A stretch of DNA of 64,000 bases, from positions 28,520,001 through 28,584,000 of the forward strand of contig NC_043018.1 in the NCBI RefSeq assembly GCF_006345805.1, in the 5' to 3' direction. The notes beneath the pieces are model-generated. The model was not told the origin of the DNA. It did no database searches and worked only from the letters and a program-made list of their open reading frames with translations. A program made the position numbers and the translations under genes. Every line of letters starts with the position of its first letter. Position 1 is the stretch's first letter. The DNA comes from Octopus sinensis. Lineage: Eukaryota. Below, piece after piece: positions 39,020 through 53,580 of the stretch.

Positions 39020-39680
39020 TTGCCAGAGCCCTCTCGAAAGCGGGTTTAGTGTACCATGGCTGCTAGTGAGCAAACATGCGCTGCGGCTAAGTCACATACA
39101 GATTTTCCGGGAGAGTGAATCCGTGTTCTCTTTGATTACAAGACACGCTTTTCTGAGGCAAGTCTCTTTGACAGAGCAACAATCCTGACACCAGAAAAAA
39201 CCAAAATCAGGCGTCTAGAATGTTGGCAGACGTTCATTGCTCTCTACAAGCCGGGTACTACATTGGTGGAAGTTCTTCGTTAGATATATATAGAAATATA
39301 TTTCGGGTAAGCGCGTCGACGCAGATGAATTAGCTGGTATATATCGGAAGGCTTTCGGGCCTGGTATAATCATGGTTGATTTCCAGAAATCGCTAGCCTG
39401 ACAGTGCTATCGTGGTGCATTGCCGGTTCGAGACAAACTCTGTAGGTATCGAAGAGCTATCAGGCAGGACTGCCGAAGCTGTGCGCAGAGCGACGAAACC
39501 GTTTTGCGTGCTCTTGTGTAATGTCCGAGCATTGCTGACTTTTGAAATTTATGTCGAACAGCTGGTGACACGTGTAGGATGAATCCTACTATCTGCCGAA
39601 TCCATAGTGAGGATCGCCCATCATCCAACTTCTAAAAGGGTTGGTCAGGTGTTGATCCTACAGGCTATGGTGAACGACTT
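39020..39680 (+). pseudogene. Tx1/L1-clade LINE C-terminal (zf-RVT-like) fragment
   Basis: GALPVRDKL...DCRSCAQSDETV.RALV.CPSI resembles the CxxC..ET..H...C motif. Confidence 0.65.
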
Positions 39681-39864
39681 GGTGGGGAGGACGAGTTTGA
39701 AAGGATTAAGTTAAAAAAAAACACATTCGTCTTCTGTCAAGCCTTCGTCGACGTTTTTCAGAAAAATGAGGGTGGAGAGGGAAGTGATGAAGTGATAGCC
39801 TTCAGTAAATATTTGAAGAGATGGGTAACTATTGTTTAAGTGAAGAGGTCATACTCTACGTATG

Positions 39865-40110
39865 TGGAAGCACGTAGCTTAGTGGTTAGAGTATCGGACT
39901 TATGATCGTAAGATTGTGGTTTCGATTCCTGGACCGGGCGATACGTTGTGTTCTTGAACAAAACATTTCATTTCTCGTTACTCCAGTTCACTCTGCAAAA
40001 ATGAGTCATCCTGCGACGGGCTGAAGTCCCATCCAGGTAGGGGATATATAGACCATGAAACCGGGTAAAAAACGGTCTTTACGAATCTGCATGACTTGAG
40101 AAGATTATTT
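39865..40110 (+). mobile_element. tRNA-derived SINE family C
   Basis: A/B-box-like head (agcttagtggttag ... ggtttcgattcc), tgtgttcttgaacaaaaca and cctgcgacgggctg..cccatccagg. Related copies lie at 43461-43800, 45868-46000, 53788-54010 and 59155-59275. Confidence 0.7.
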
Positions 40111-40124
40111 TACCTTACATACTA

Positions 40125-40395
40125 TAAACATGAGGTTGTTGCTCGAAAAGCAACTATTGGGAGAGGGTTCATGCCTTCGGTGGGCTGGATATGTCTAGAT
40201 ATGTGCGGTCCTTGATTGGTCCTACATGGAGTTTGTCCGGTATCAAGAGGACTCCATTATTCATGTTACCACATACTTTTTATACCATGTATAATTTTAT
40301 CGCATTTCATCGTCTTCTCTATTTCTTCCTTCTCATCTTTTCTGTAAATCTCCACCCAAGTTCTTGACTGTCCGTGTCATGACCCATCATCTATG
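40125..40395 (-). pseudogene. Possible CR1-type LINE 3' fragment
   Basis: Minus-strand remnant resembling the E.RR..D.I..YK tail motif. Confidence 0.4.
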
Positions 40396-41360
40396 GCTCC
40401 TGTGGTAAATAAGAGATTCGTTAACGCACCGGACAAAATATTTAACATTTCTTCCCTCTTTACGTTCTGTGTTCAAATTCCACCCAGCTCGACTTTACAA
40501 TTCATCCGTTCAAGGTCAACGAAATACGTACCAGTTGAGTACTAGGAGTGATATAACCGACAAGCCCCTCCCCCTGCTAAATTTCAGGCCTTGTGCTGCG
40601 CCTATATTAGAAAGGATTATTAAAGAGTCGGTGAACCTGCAGAATAGTAAGTGCGACTGCTAAAATGCTTAACGGCATTTTAGGGGTCCTTACCTAACGG
40701 CCTCATATCGTCTCAACGTAAACTTTACCTTCCATAATTTCGGGGGTCGACAAAATAAAGTACCAGGTAATTATTTGAGTCAATGATACTGACTAACCTA
40801 CTCCCACGAAATTTTCGTGAGATTCTACTGTGGGTTGTTAACAATATTTATACAACGTTATTCATATTCAATACAGAATATATACGAGACAAACAGATTG
40901 TAGCTTGTTCGCGAGATTACACTTACGCTTACAAACACAATCTCTCTCACACACACACACATACACACACAAACACACAAAAAATATATATTCACTCATT
41001 ATGCATATGCACACGATGTCATATCCGTTCTGATGCAAGTGATCGCATAACTTAATCTAATTTCCGTTTATATACTTATATAAGTTTTTGAGGCAAGATA
41101 TACTCGATTCAGTATAATAATAATATATAATACGAATTTATAATAACGGCAGCTTAGAAATAATTTTATTCTTATCTATAAATATTACACGGTACATGTA
41201 TATTTCTATATACATTTATCTATACGTTTAGAGGTATCTACACACACACACACACTACACACACACACATTTATATATGCACATATATATACATTTATGC
41301 ATATATCTATACAACTATATATTTTTTAAATGTATATATTGTATACATATATTTGTATAC

Positions 41361-41414
<54 letters not shown>

Positions 41415-41637
41415 GCATTTATGGATACACTTTATATATATATTTATTTATATATAGATATACACATATATATATACATTTATATATACATAAATATCTA
41501 TATATACATTTTATTTATATGTATGTAGATATATATATATATATAAATATGTGTGTGCATGTGTGTATGCGTGTGTGTATATATATACATACATACATAC
41601 ATATATACATGCATGCATGCATACATACATACATACA

Positions 41638-41672
<35 letters not shown>

Positions 41673-42233
41673 TCATGTAAAAATTAAACTTTGTATATGA
41701 ACAAACATAAAACTACAGACACACAGATATAAAATATTAAATATTTATAGAGATAAGAGAACAGAGTGCAATACTGTTTTCCGTTAATTCGTTACTCCTA
41801 TGCTCGTTTTATTTTTATTTTAATACTTACTTAAATATTATCACGTGCTCTTCAGATGTATTCCATGAATTTTAGACAAAGTTTTATTAACGGAATTTTG
41901 CAAACTAAAGTTTTGAATTATAGAAATGTTTGATTTGACAAAATGAATATGGAAATAGATGGTGGCGCTGGCGGTAAATTCCAGGTTTCTTTCTTTGTCC
42001 ATTTGTTACATACACGAGTTGTGTGTGGTGTGTGTGTGTGTGTGGTGTGTGTGTGTGTGTGTTTGTGTGTGTGTGTGCGTGTGTGAATGAAAACAGATTT
42101 TAATTTTTTGCTTACGCATAGCGATAATAATAACCTGGTGTTAGAATTCAATCTACAAATGTTTAGGAACGAAGCGTCAGTGAGTCGAGTGCAGTAATAA
42201 GAAATTAGACGGACGAAGGACTAAACAATTACG

Positions 42234-42369
42234 TTATGAGTTCCATTAGCTTACATCTGTTTCTGCTGTAAGATACAATGCACTCAGAGCTGAATGCTTG
42301 AGTAGAACCCTACAGTTTCTTTGAATCTTGAAACATGAAGTGCTCATCATGTTTGAAATTCCGATGAAG

Positions 42370-42375
<6 letters not shown>
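42234..42375. mobile_element. Second copy of the 62.5-kb head-to-head hammerhead-like element, truncated by (TA)n
   Basis: ttatgagttccattagcttacatctgtttctgct ... ttccgatgaagctata has the same layout as 62505-62622. Confidence 0.65.
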
Positions 42376-42407
<32 letters not shown>

Positions 42408-42591
42408 TGCATACATTTTCTTTTGCTGTAGTTTCAGTTCATAGCTGCGGCCATGCTGATGCACCGCCATTTTGCTACACTGTTATTACTGAGAGCCTCC
42501 TCCAATATGTGGCACTTGGTGAAGAATGGAGTTTGATGTAGCTACCCTCATTTGGTACACACATATATATAATATATATATATGTGTGCGC

Positions 42592-42622
<31 letters not shown>

Positions 42623-43972
42623 CAAACTGGGACAAGAACGCAAAACATTCAGAAGACGATACAAAAAACACGGATGTGTCATTCGAAGCCTTTAAACTTC
42701 AGTCAAGAACGGGACCATCATCGCAATTTCGGATGATTAATCTTGAGATTGTTCCAATCTGGCCAGCCCAAGGAAAAAACTAAGCTGATATATATGATAT
42801 ATTTAATATATATTAAAGTTTAACAGAGAAGACGGAATGCATCTAAAATATAATATTTTATTACCAAAGAAATTATTTCACAATCAAGGAGCACGACCTG
42901 GCATTTACCCTGAAACAAGGGGTTTGGATACTGTGTTTAACATATTTCCTTAACCTTAATTCTTAAACCTTAATTTTGACTTTGCTGATACTATTTCCCA
43001 ATAATCTCTTGCCCACGAGTTTCTGCTAACACAAGTCGATTTAATAAATGGCGTCATACTAAGATTCTCATAAACTCACGCTCTTAGATATTCTTATGTA
43101 AACATTATACTAGTATCTGTGGAATGTGCAGCGTTATATCAGAAAGACTACCATGATATTTCATCACAAGAGACTGACAAAGTAGTTTGGCATTATGCTC
43201 CATAATGATGTTATTCTCTGATGTTTATAATGAATTTTCAATCTTGTTATGTTTACACTGTTTACCTAACATATCCAGAATATTCACCTTAAATTACTAT
43301 CTTTGAAAGATACATACCGTACTCAGTACTGACAATATTATAGCAACACATATTTTGTCCGCTTTAACCGAGATCCGACGTAACGAGGTATATTTTGATG
43401 AGGGCTTACTTCATGTGTGCGCCTGTTATATGTCTTGTATATTATAGTAGTAATACAAATGCGAATGGCTCAGTGAGCGTCGAGCGTTGAGCTCACAGTC
43501 GTGATGTAGTGAGTTCGATTCCCGGACCGGGCTGTGTGCAGTGTTCTTGAGCAAGACACTTTATTTTATGATGTTCCTGTTCACTCTGCTGTAGAAATGA
43601 GTTGCGACATCACTGGTGACACGCTGTATCAGCCTTTGCCTTTCCATTGGATAACATCAGTGGCATGGAGAGAGAGAGACTGGTATGCATGGGCGACTGC
43701 TGGTCTTCCATAAACAACCTTGCCCGGACATCTGCCTCAGAGGGTAAGTTTCTAGGTTCAATCCCATGGTCACTCATGACCGAACGGGGTCTTTACCATT
43801 TTATTACAGTAGTAAGTTTATTCAAAGGAGGTGATTTGCGATAGGCCTCAAACCAATGTTCAGTTTTATAAAACTCTTTTATTTAAATATCTTTTATTTG
43901 AATATTTTGGCTATATTGATTATTTCTTGCAAAATCTTATAAATATATAAATAACACACGCACGCGTGTTAC

Positions 43973-44021
<49 letters not shown>

Positions 44022-44261
44022 AGATGAGGACCGAAATCTTTCAAAGGGATGTCAAACATCCAAGTCCGCCGGTCCAGTCCAAGCAAAGAATATATATAAA
44101 TATATATATACAATATTTGTAAAAGCAGTAAATGAAATATAAGGAAAAGACAAATTTCAAGTGAAGACCCAAAGACAAGAACAAAAAGCTCTTCATGAAA
44201 TAATTTGTTCGTTCACGTCTGGGATATGAAAGGTCTTTTTATATTTTTGTTGGTCGTAATT

Positions 44262-44356
44262 ATTTCCTCCGACGAGGAATCTAATTGTTATTTCATGAGG
44301 AGTTTTTCGTTTTTGTCTTTGGAATCAATTAGACACCGAAACAATTTGTAGAATGT
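44262..44356 (+). ncRNA. Degenerate hammerhead-like motif with long stem II
   Basis: CCGACGA-gg aa tctaattg...caattaga ca cc-GAAA-caatttg-TA-gaat; stem I is poor. Confidence 0.4.
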
Positions 44357-44469
44357 ACGTTGTTTCCCTACCAACTTGGGATTATGAATAGAATTAAAGT
44401 TCGTCTACACTTATAATTTTCCTTTACTTATGATAAAATAAAAAATACAGTAAAACATAAAATCATTAC

Positions 44470-45603
44470 TAAAAGCTTCGATAATGATGATAGTTATGAG
44501 CAATTGCTCGTAAAATGTCCATCTTAGTTTCGGGACTATATCGGTCAATAATCATCTTTGGTCTCGCAGATCTCACCTCGATTAAATCAACCTTTTTCAG
44601 TTGTACCTTCCCTTTTCAATGCATTAATTAATTTCCATATAATCGGATGTGTGCAAGATAAAGAACTTTGTGGTGCGTTGTGATATTCCTCTAAATGGTT
44701 ATTAGGGTTAGTGTGAGACATATCCGATTCTGTTCTAAAGCGTACATTCTAACTATCAATGGGAAGCAAAGGAGAAGTTCGTCATCGTCTAATTCGTCTA
44801 CCATAATTCAAAGTGGGATACACATTCTTGCAGAAGATCGCCACCATCTACAAGATCTTCGAATCCGTCAATCGCATCATCGAGCGGGAGAAAAGCCTGC
44901 GCTAAAAAACGTCTGATTTTAATGCTAAACTCATTATCATGATGGCATCTTTCCTCATGCTAAATTCACATACTATATATTCTGTACACATTTTGAGATA
45001 GAGGAAAAAGACTCCATGAGATGGAATCATTAGGAAACACAAATTAAATGCTATTAATATGAGTTTTTCAGAATCCATCATAACGTTTTCACGGCTCGGT
45101 CCTTCACGTAATTCAATTAGCTTATTAAAATGGCGGATGTAAGTTTCTTGATTTTTAGTTGGGAGTAATGCAAAAAAGACCGCGGAACCCTGAATGAACC
45201 CAGTTGAATATGAAGCATGTATAACTGATAAAACACAAATGGGAAGCACTTAAAAGTCCTGTCACCTGCCCAGTGTTTTACTGGGCATTCATTAGGACAT
45301 CAAGCCCTTTATCAGTTGCAAACACAAGTAATCTGTCTGCATCAGTTTCACTACTATCAAACTGCAAGAAATGCCCGGCACTATCAAGGAACTTGTATTC
45401 ATCGGGCATCACTTCGGGTATCTCCTTCATCAACAGTAACGAATGAGGCAGGGATGGATTACGGGTAAACATGTAAAGTATTTTAAATAAAACATCCGAA
45501 GGGATGACAGAACTGATACCTTCATTTGACTAAATCACGCGGGAAACAAATAACGAATAAATGACATATGATGCTTTTAATTAGCAGAATAACTCTGTAA
45601 ATT

Positions 45604-45635
<32 letters not shown>

Positions 45636-45735
45636 TAATAACAATAATAAAAATAATGAATTTCAACGTTTTATATATATTTTTTTCTAATATTAGGAGT
45701 GAAATTACCCGGAGTCAAATCACAAAGAGCCATAT
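44470..45735 (-). mobile_element. Degenerate Mutator-like (MULE) transposon
   Basis: Minus-strand remnants D.LLVFAT, W..D.TFK..P..FYQLY, VFFALLPTKNQETY, VM.D.E and LWKLINALKRE; a TIR-like end near 45690-45732. Confidence 0.75.
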
Positions 45736-45764
45736 ATATACACAAACACACACACACACACACA

Positions 45765-45848
<84 letters not shown>

Positions 45849-46024
45849 ACATACACACATACACATAAGGGCGCATGGCCTAGTGATTTCAATTCCTAGA
45901 CCGAGTGGTGCGTTGTGTTTTTTGAGCAAAACTCTGCGTCTCACGTTCCCTTGCGATCACCTCGATACCTGACGCGTTGCACACAGTGCACCTGTTCAGA
46001 TATACACACACACACATACACACA

Positions 46025-46420
46025 TACTCTTTTTCTCCTTTACTCATTTACTTGTTTGAGTCACTTGACTGTAGCCATGCTGGAGCACCGCCTTTAGTCG
46101 AGCAAATTGACCCCAGGACTTAATCTTTGTAAGCCTAGTACTTATTCTATCGGTGTCTTTTGCTGAACCGCTAAGTTATAGAGTACGTAATCACACCAGC
46201 ATCGGTTGTCAAGCGATGTAGGGCGAGACAAACACACACAAACACACACACACACTCACACACTCACACACATACATATATATATATAATTATATATACG
46301 ATGGGCTTCTTTCAGTTTCCGTTTACCAAATCCACTCACAAGGCTTTGGTCGGCCCGAGGCTATAGTAGAAGGCACTTGCCCCCGTTGCCAAGCAGTGGG
46401 ACGGAAGCCGGAAACATGTG
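46025..46420 (-). mobile_element. CORE-type SINE family A
   Basis: Homologous to 6790-7210. Confidence 0.82.
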
Positions 46421-46903
46421 CAATATATATATATATACATAGAAGAAGATGAAGAAGGGAGGTGGAGAAGGAGGTGTGAGAGCTGCTGCATTTAGATGAA
46501 CTGAATTCAAAAAACCTTGCATGGCTCGTTCATTTAGAAAAAATCAAAGGTGATTCAGCATCCGTAATTAAATGATGAAGCTGCTCATATGTTGCGTGGA
46601 ATTAAATATAGAATATTCTATGACATTTCATAAAACGTAAGACTTCTTCCAAATTCCAAGACGGTGCCGCAAAATTTGCCAGATATGTTCCACTTGTTGT
46701 TGATCTTGCTGTTGTTGTTATTGTTGTTGTTGTTGTTGTTGTTCTTCTTCTTCTTCTTCTTCTTCTTCTTCTTCTTCTTCTTCTTCTTCTTCTTCTTCTT
46801 TCTCTCCCTCTTCTCCTTCTCCTCCTCCTTTTACATTTTCTTCAACATCATATTCCTCATAACCATCACCTTTAGCTTTATTTCTTCGTTTTATTCTTTT
46901 TCG

Positions 46904-46937
<34 letters not shown>

Positions 46938-47237
46938 TTTCTTCTTGTGCGTCTTCTCCTTTTCCTTCTTTCTCTTCTTCTTCTTCGTCTTCTTCTCTTC
47001 TCTTCGTTCTCCTCGTTCAATTTACCTTCTTCTTTCCAAGTGCTGATGATTAATAAAAAAAATAAACGACCTTATCTTCAACCAATAACAAATTTGAAAT
47101 CAAATTACCGACGGTCCCCATAAATAGTAAATATCTATTTACAACTTGTCCTACATTAAATATAATAAACATCACTCATAATAAATCACTATATAAAATA
47201 CAACACACATCTATAGACACAAACTGAAATAATAATG

Positions 47238-47306
<69 letters not shown>

Positions 47307-47564
47307 ATAATAAAAAAAATCATGTAACATGTTTTGCGATATCTTACAGCAGACATCTTGATTTTATTAAAGGATGTTAACATAATTTGTAATTGACGAG
47401 AAATTATCGATTAATAAAATTTATCGAAGTAACGAGACATCAGTTCGGAAGAAAATAATGAATAAATAAATAAATACTTCAATGAAAATGCAATATAGCT
47501 CAGAAAAGGCCTAATAAAAATATTAATGCCACGATACTAACATGAAAATGCTATTCATTATTAA

Positions 47565-47618
<54 letters not shown>

Positions 47619-47710
47619 CATCATTATTATTATTATTGTTATTATTGTTATTATTGTTATTATTATTATTATTATTATTATCATCATTATTATTATTATT
47701 ATTATTATTA

Positions 47711-47755
<45 letters not shown>

Positions 47756-48197
47756 TATTATTATTATTATTGTTATCAATATTTAACAGATTGAATTTCG
47801 TGTTCAGCTCATGAATATTTTGATGACAGAATTATAATAGGCAGGATGAGAAATTGCAGTTCAATAGAGATTGTTGTGCAGAAATCGATAAACAAAGATA
47901 AATGCGGGGGTAATATATTTGTTTATTATTATATATATTTTTTAATTATGTAATTTGTATTTCGCAATCATAGAAACTTTGGTTATTCTGCGATTACTGT
48001 TCATCAACGTTAGTAAATGTTCGCCATATTAGGTTTTATTAAATTACGTAATTCAAAATGAAGGAAGTTCGCCATATATTATATGAATTTATAACTTTTT
48101 TAACTAATAAACACACACACACAAACATACACACACACACACAAAGACACACAAAGATCTATGCATAAAGACACACTCAGACACACGCACATATATC

Positions 48198-48242
<45 letters not shown>

Positions 48243-48287
48243 CATGTCCCTATTATATATATATATGTGTATAAATGCGTTTGTGTG

Positions 48288-48323
<36 letters not shown>

Positions 48324-48689
48324 CACACGCAGACATACATATCAGGACAGATGATACTTCTTCCAGCATTTGTGTGGGATCGAGCTTCACAGATGATTTA
48401 AGATTGTTGTAGTGTCTCTCCTTTCTCACTTCTAGCCCATCTTTATTTTTAAGAGACGTTTGCCCTGATCTATAAAGCACCAGTCCTCTACTGCATCTTT
48501 TTAAACGTTTTCTTTCCTCTGCGACCTGCAACAATATATATATATATAATTTATATATATATATATAATTATAGGCAAGGAAAAATTATAAATGGGCAGA
48601 ATGCTAAATTGAAGGTAAACTTTAATGAAAATGGGTGTATAGAAAATTTTAAGAAATTTTTTAAGGAAAGCGAAAAATCTGATAAATAA

Positions 48690-48865
48690 AACCCTCTTAA
48701 GTACAAAACAGCCCGCTATGGAGAATGAAGAAGGTGAAGGGAACAGTATCAGAAGGCATCAAGTGGAATATCGAGGAAATTGGAATAGAGTGCACAATAG
48801 AACTGTTATAAAAGATTTGGGTCCTTGGCACAGCGAGAATAATCAGGAAAGTATTCTATAGCTGA
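48690..48865 (+). pseudogene. C-terminal remnant of an RLE-type (Hero/NeSL-like) non-LTR element
   Basis: GTVSEGIKWNIEEIGIECTIELL*KIWVLGTARIIRKVF matches the typical ...LLGTARIIRKVL end. Confidence 0.55.
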
Positions 48866-49460
48866 AAAGAATGGATAGCATGGAACCGTAGGCTGTATGT
48901 AGCAAGCCTGCTAGGCATGCAAGACTCTAGGGGTTCCAACAAAACTTTGATCAGAAGAAATAAAAATTCTTTGTAGTATAAGCACAAGGCCTGAAATTTG
49001 TGGGGAGGGATGAAGGCGATTACATCGAGCACAGTATTCAACAGGTACTTAATTAAGCGACCCTGAAAGCATGAAAGGCAAAGTCAACCGCTGCGTGATT
49101 TGAACTCAGAACTTTGCGGCAGACGAAATATTGCTAAGCATTACGCCCGGTTCGCTGCCTGGACTGGAATTTAGGAGGAGGGGCACTAGTCAATTACATA
49201 GATCCCGTTGTTTCCCTGGTACTTAATTTATCAAGCCCTAAAGAATGAAAGGCAAAGTCAACCTCGGCGGCATTTGAACACAACGTAAAGGCGGACGAAA
49301 TGCCACTAAACATTTTGACCGGTGTTGTGCTTGCGATTCTGCCAGTTCGCAGCCTTTATGATAATAATAATAATAATAATAATAATCTAATAATAATAAT
49401 AATAATAATAAGAAGAAGAGAAGAAGAAGAAAGAAGAAGAAGAAGAACAACAACAACAAC

Positions 49461-49560
49461 NNNNNNNNNNNNNNNNNNNNNNNNNNNNNNNNNNNNNNNN
49501 NNNNNNNNNNNNNNNNNNNNNNNNNNNNNNNNNNNNNNNNNNNNNNNNNNNNNNNNNNNN
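49461..49560. other. Assembly gap (100 N)
   Basis: A run of N. Confidence 1.
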
Positions 49561-49860
49561 TAACACAATATAAATGCTAAGATATATAAGTGTGAATCTG
49601 TGAGAGAGAAGGGAGTGAGATAGAAAGAGACAGAGAGAAATAGAGAGACGGAGAGAAACAGAGAGAGAGAGAGAGAGAGAGCGTGAGAGTGTATGCATAC
49701 GTATGTTTAATTTTTTTGTGCATTTATATATTCTCGTAGGTAATCTCATTAAATCCACCCCAAGCTAAGCTCCCTCTACTTGACGTTCTTCAAACAATAA
49801 TCTAGTATAGCTATTCTATTAACTACACAATAAACAGTAATCTACTATTCCACACACCCC

Positions 49861-49893
<33 letters not shown>

Positions 49894-50597
49894 AGTATGT
49901 ATGTATGTATATATATATATATACATATATATATATGTATGCATGTATATATATACATATATACACACGTATATTCGTGATTATATTTAATTACCGCAAC
50001 CATTACATACCTTGCGCACAACATTAAAGAAATTCTCAAGCGTTCATTTTACATAACAGACAGTGTGCAGCATGAGATATCCTAGCGTATCTTCACTTCG
50101 TATTATCATTATGAAAGGATAGTGCTAATTAGACAAACAGTACGATTTACCGAATCTTTAATAATTATTCCTGCATTTATCAATTACATTTCCATCCATC
50201 GCGTTCAGTTTTCATGTATGTGTGTGTGTGTGTGTGTGTGTTGTGCGTGCGTGTGTACGTGTGTGTATGAGTGCGCAACCTACTCTCCTGCATGCGTATA
50301 CGTTCGCACACACTCACATACGAATACAAGCGTACGTACATCAATATCTATCTGTCTATCTAACTATATATATATATATATATACGGGAAGCTTTATGAA
50401 AATAAACAGAAGACGAAGGCAGGTGGAAAACAAACGAACAATTGTATTAGTATGGCGCTCAGGAAATATAAATTAAACAAGTCTTTAACGTTTCGAGCCT
50501 ACGCTCTTCAACAGAAAGATACACAGAGAGAAAAAAAACACAGAAAGAAGGAGAGAAAAAAAATGCGTGCAGTAGCTAACGAATCAACATGGCGATC

Positions 50598-50646
<49 letters not shown>

Positions 50647-50712
50647 TTTATAGTATATTCAAATAAACGAATAATGAAATTTACAATATATATATATATA
50701 CAAGAAGTGTGT

Positions 50713-50713
<1 letters not shown>

Positions 50714-50773
<60 letters not shown>

Positions 50774-50781
50774 AAGATAGT

Positions 50782-50840
<59 letters not shown>
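50714..50840. repeat. (GATA)n microsatellite
   Basis: Read directly from the sequence. Confidence 0.95.
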
Positions 50841-50841
<1 letters not shown>

Positions 50842-51323
50842 AATATGTGCATATTGAATAAGAATAGGCCAGCAACGTGTATAATAGATAGTGAAAACTG
50901 GTTCTCACATTGGTGTAAGATGCCTAAAATACAGCGTAAGTCAATAGGAAACAGGATCCAGATAAGCAAAAGTTGGAGATAGGCAATATAACGGTCTAAC
51001 TAATAAAGCTACAATAAAATAAAAGAAGGAAAAGTGATGTCCCCTCTGTGTTTAGCCCCTTGTGGGTAATAAAGAAATAAGTATTCAAAGGACTTATAAA
51101 ACAGTTATCCAGAACTGACTGTAAACGTATGTAGTTGAAAACCGGAAAATGAGGATAGTAATCGTCTGCAATTAGTTCTCCATAGAAAGGTAAACAGACG
51201 TGCTCAAAGATCATACGCTGTTGTCATGAATCCTTCATCTGCCTCTTTTTTTCCCGTTTATCTATTTACGCTAATTTATGTATAAGTATGTTACGAATAC
51301 TTTGGTATCATTAACATCCGCCT

Positions 51324-51735
51324 GAGTGGCTGTGTGGTAAGTAGCTTGCTTACCAACCACATCGTCCCGGGTTCAGTCCCATTGCGTGGGACCATGGGCA
51401 AGTGTCTTCTACTATAGCCTCGGGCCGACCAAAGCCTTGTGAGTGGATTTACTAGACGGAAACTGAAAGAAGCCGATTGTATGTATGTATATGTATATAT
51501 ATATATATATGTATATGTATGTATACCCTTGTGTGTCTGTGTTTGTCCCCCAACATCGCTTGGCAACCGATGCTGGTGTGTTTACGTCCCCGTAACTTAA
51601 CGGTTCGGCAAAATGACCGATAGAATAAGTACTAGGCTTACAAAGAATAAGTCTTGGGGTCGATTTGCTCGACTAAAAGATGGTGCTCCAGTATAGCAGC
51701 AGTCAAATGACTGAAATAAATAAAAGAATAATAGA
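51324..51735 (+). mobile_element. CORE-type SINE family A, full length
   Basis: Head, CORE, microsatellite, 3' domain and (aaagaat) tail. Confidence 0.85.
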
Positions 51736-51770
51736 ATAAAAGAATATATATAGTAAAAAACATATATTAG

Positions 51771-51804
<34 letters not shown>

Positions 51805-51862
51805 TATATATATATTATATATATATATATATACTACACAAACACACACACACACATACACA

Positions 51863-51900
<38 letters not shown>

Positions 51901-52827
51901 CACACACACACGCACACACACACATATATATTATATATATATATATGCATTTATATAGACAGAGGGATGGAGAATTATATATTTCTAATTAGCGTACGCA
52001 CGTTTCAAACACGTTAGTATTGCATAATTCTGCGATTTATTCATCATGCTCACTAATTGATCTACACTTGAGCAGCTCAGGTTCTACGCCAACGTATCCT
52101 TCTCAAAGCTCATCCTCACTATTTTGAATAGATAACAGGGCATATATTAAGGAAGATAACATTAAGCTTACAAATATTTGGTTAGGGCAATCAGTAGGTA
52201 TGACCACAAGGGAACTTGAGTACGAATATTAATGATAAATTTTAATTGAAATATATGACAAATATTATTCCCATCACTTGTAAACTGGTAATGAAACTTA
52301 TAAATATATCAAGATGCATATATAAGTGAAGTTGTTCATAGTCGTAGTTGGTAGGTCATTTCATCAGTGATGAATTGTAAATATATTAATTAGTGAGAAA
52401 TCCGAAGGGAAATTATATTTACTAAGGAAGAAATTTTATGTAGAAGAGATTGATATTCTTATAAGGGATACATATTTACAGTTTAAAATTTCGTACACTC
52501 TTAATACAGTTTAGATAACATAAGATTTTTAAAAAATGAATCTAATTAAAATTAATTACAAATAGATTAAAAATAAGAAGATTTATACATGACATGCTTT
52601 TATAGATTATATATATGTGCGTGTGTGTGTGTGTGTGTGTGTGCCCGCGTGTGGCTGTGTGATAAAAAGCTTGCTTCCCAACCACATGGTTCTGGGTTCA
52701 GTTCCACTGCGTGACACCTTATATAAGTGTCTTCAGCGATTTCCTCGGACCGACCAAAGATTTGTGAGTGGATGTGGAAAGCGGAAACTTCATATATATA
52801 TATATATATAATATATATATATATATG

Positions 52828-53190
52828 TTCAGGATGGGTGAAAAGTAAGTAGGCATTAAGCATTGGTAATAAAATCCGTATTCCTTTTACAAATTTATTC
52901 AAACAAATAACACATGTTCTTTATTACATGGCAAAATGAAAGTAAATCTTCATATTTCAGCGTCAGGACCGGTGGCATCAAACAGGTTCCTCAAACGGCT
53001 ACGGATGGAATGAATAACTTTCTGAAGAACATCGCCTGGTACATCATTACAATCTCTTGAATCCGTGTCTTCAACTCGTCCAGTGTGCGAGGTTTTGTCT
53101 TGTACACCTCTTTTGTGGAACCCTACAGGAAAATATCACATGGAGTGAGATCTGGACTTCTTGGAGTTCTGGATTTCTACGGTCACATTC
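52828..53190 (-). mobile_element. Tc1/mariner-superfamily transposon 3' fragment
   Basis: Minus strand PRSPDLTPCDIFL.G..KEVYKTKPRTLDELKTRI; terminal cagg(a)tggg..aaaagtaagtag next to a TA-rich tract. Confidence 0.75.
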
Positions 53191-53204
53191 TTCAGGTTAT
53201 TAGC

Positions 53205-53580
53205 TCCAGATATTTTGTCTGTCGTTACGTTTTGAGTTCAAATTCCGCTGAGGTCGACTTTAACTTTCATTCATTCGGGGTCGATTAAATTAAGTACCAG
53301 TTACGCACTGGGGTCGATATAATCAACTTAGTCCGTTTGTCTGTCCTTGTTTCTCCTCTCTGTGTGTAGCCCCTTGTGGGCAGTAAAGAAATAGGTATTT
53401 CGTCTGCCGTTACGTTCTGAGTTCAAATTCCGTCGAGGTCGACTTTGGCTTCCATCCTTTTGGGGTCGATAAAATAAGTACCAGTTACGCAATGGGGTCG
53501 ATGCAATTGTCTTAATCCCATTGTCTGTTCTTGTCTGTCCCCTCTATGTTTAGTCCTCTGTGAGCAATAGAGAAATACAT
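53205..53580 (+). mobile_element. SINE family B dimeric 184-bp units
   Basis: Junction aaagaaataggtatttcgtc near 53390. Confidence 0.8.

Noticed and set aside
42990-43440. Possible very old PLE GIY-YIG C-terminus on the minus strand
   Set aside because: Only vague remnants are visible, too degenerate to support without a profile search.
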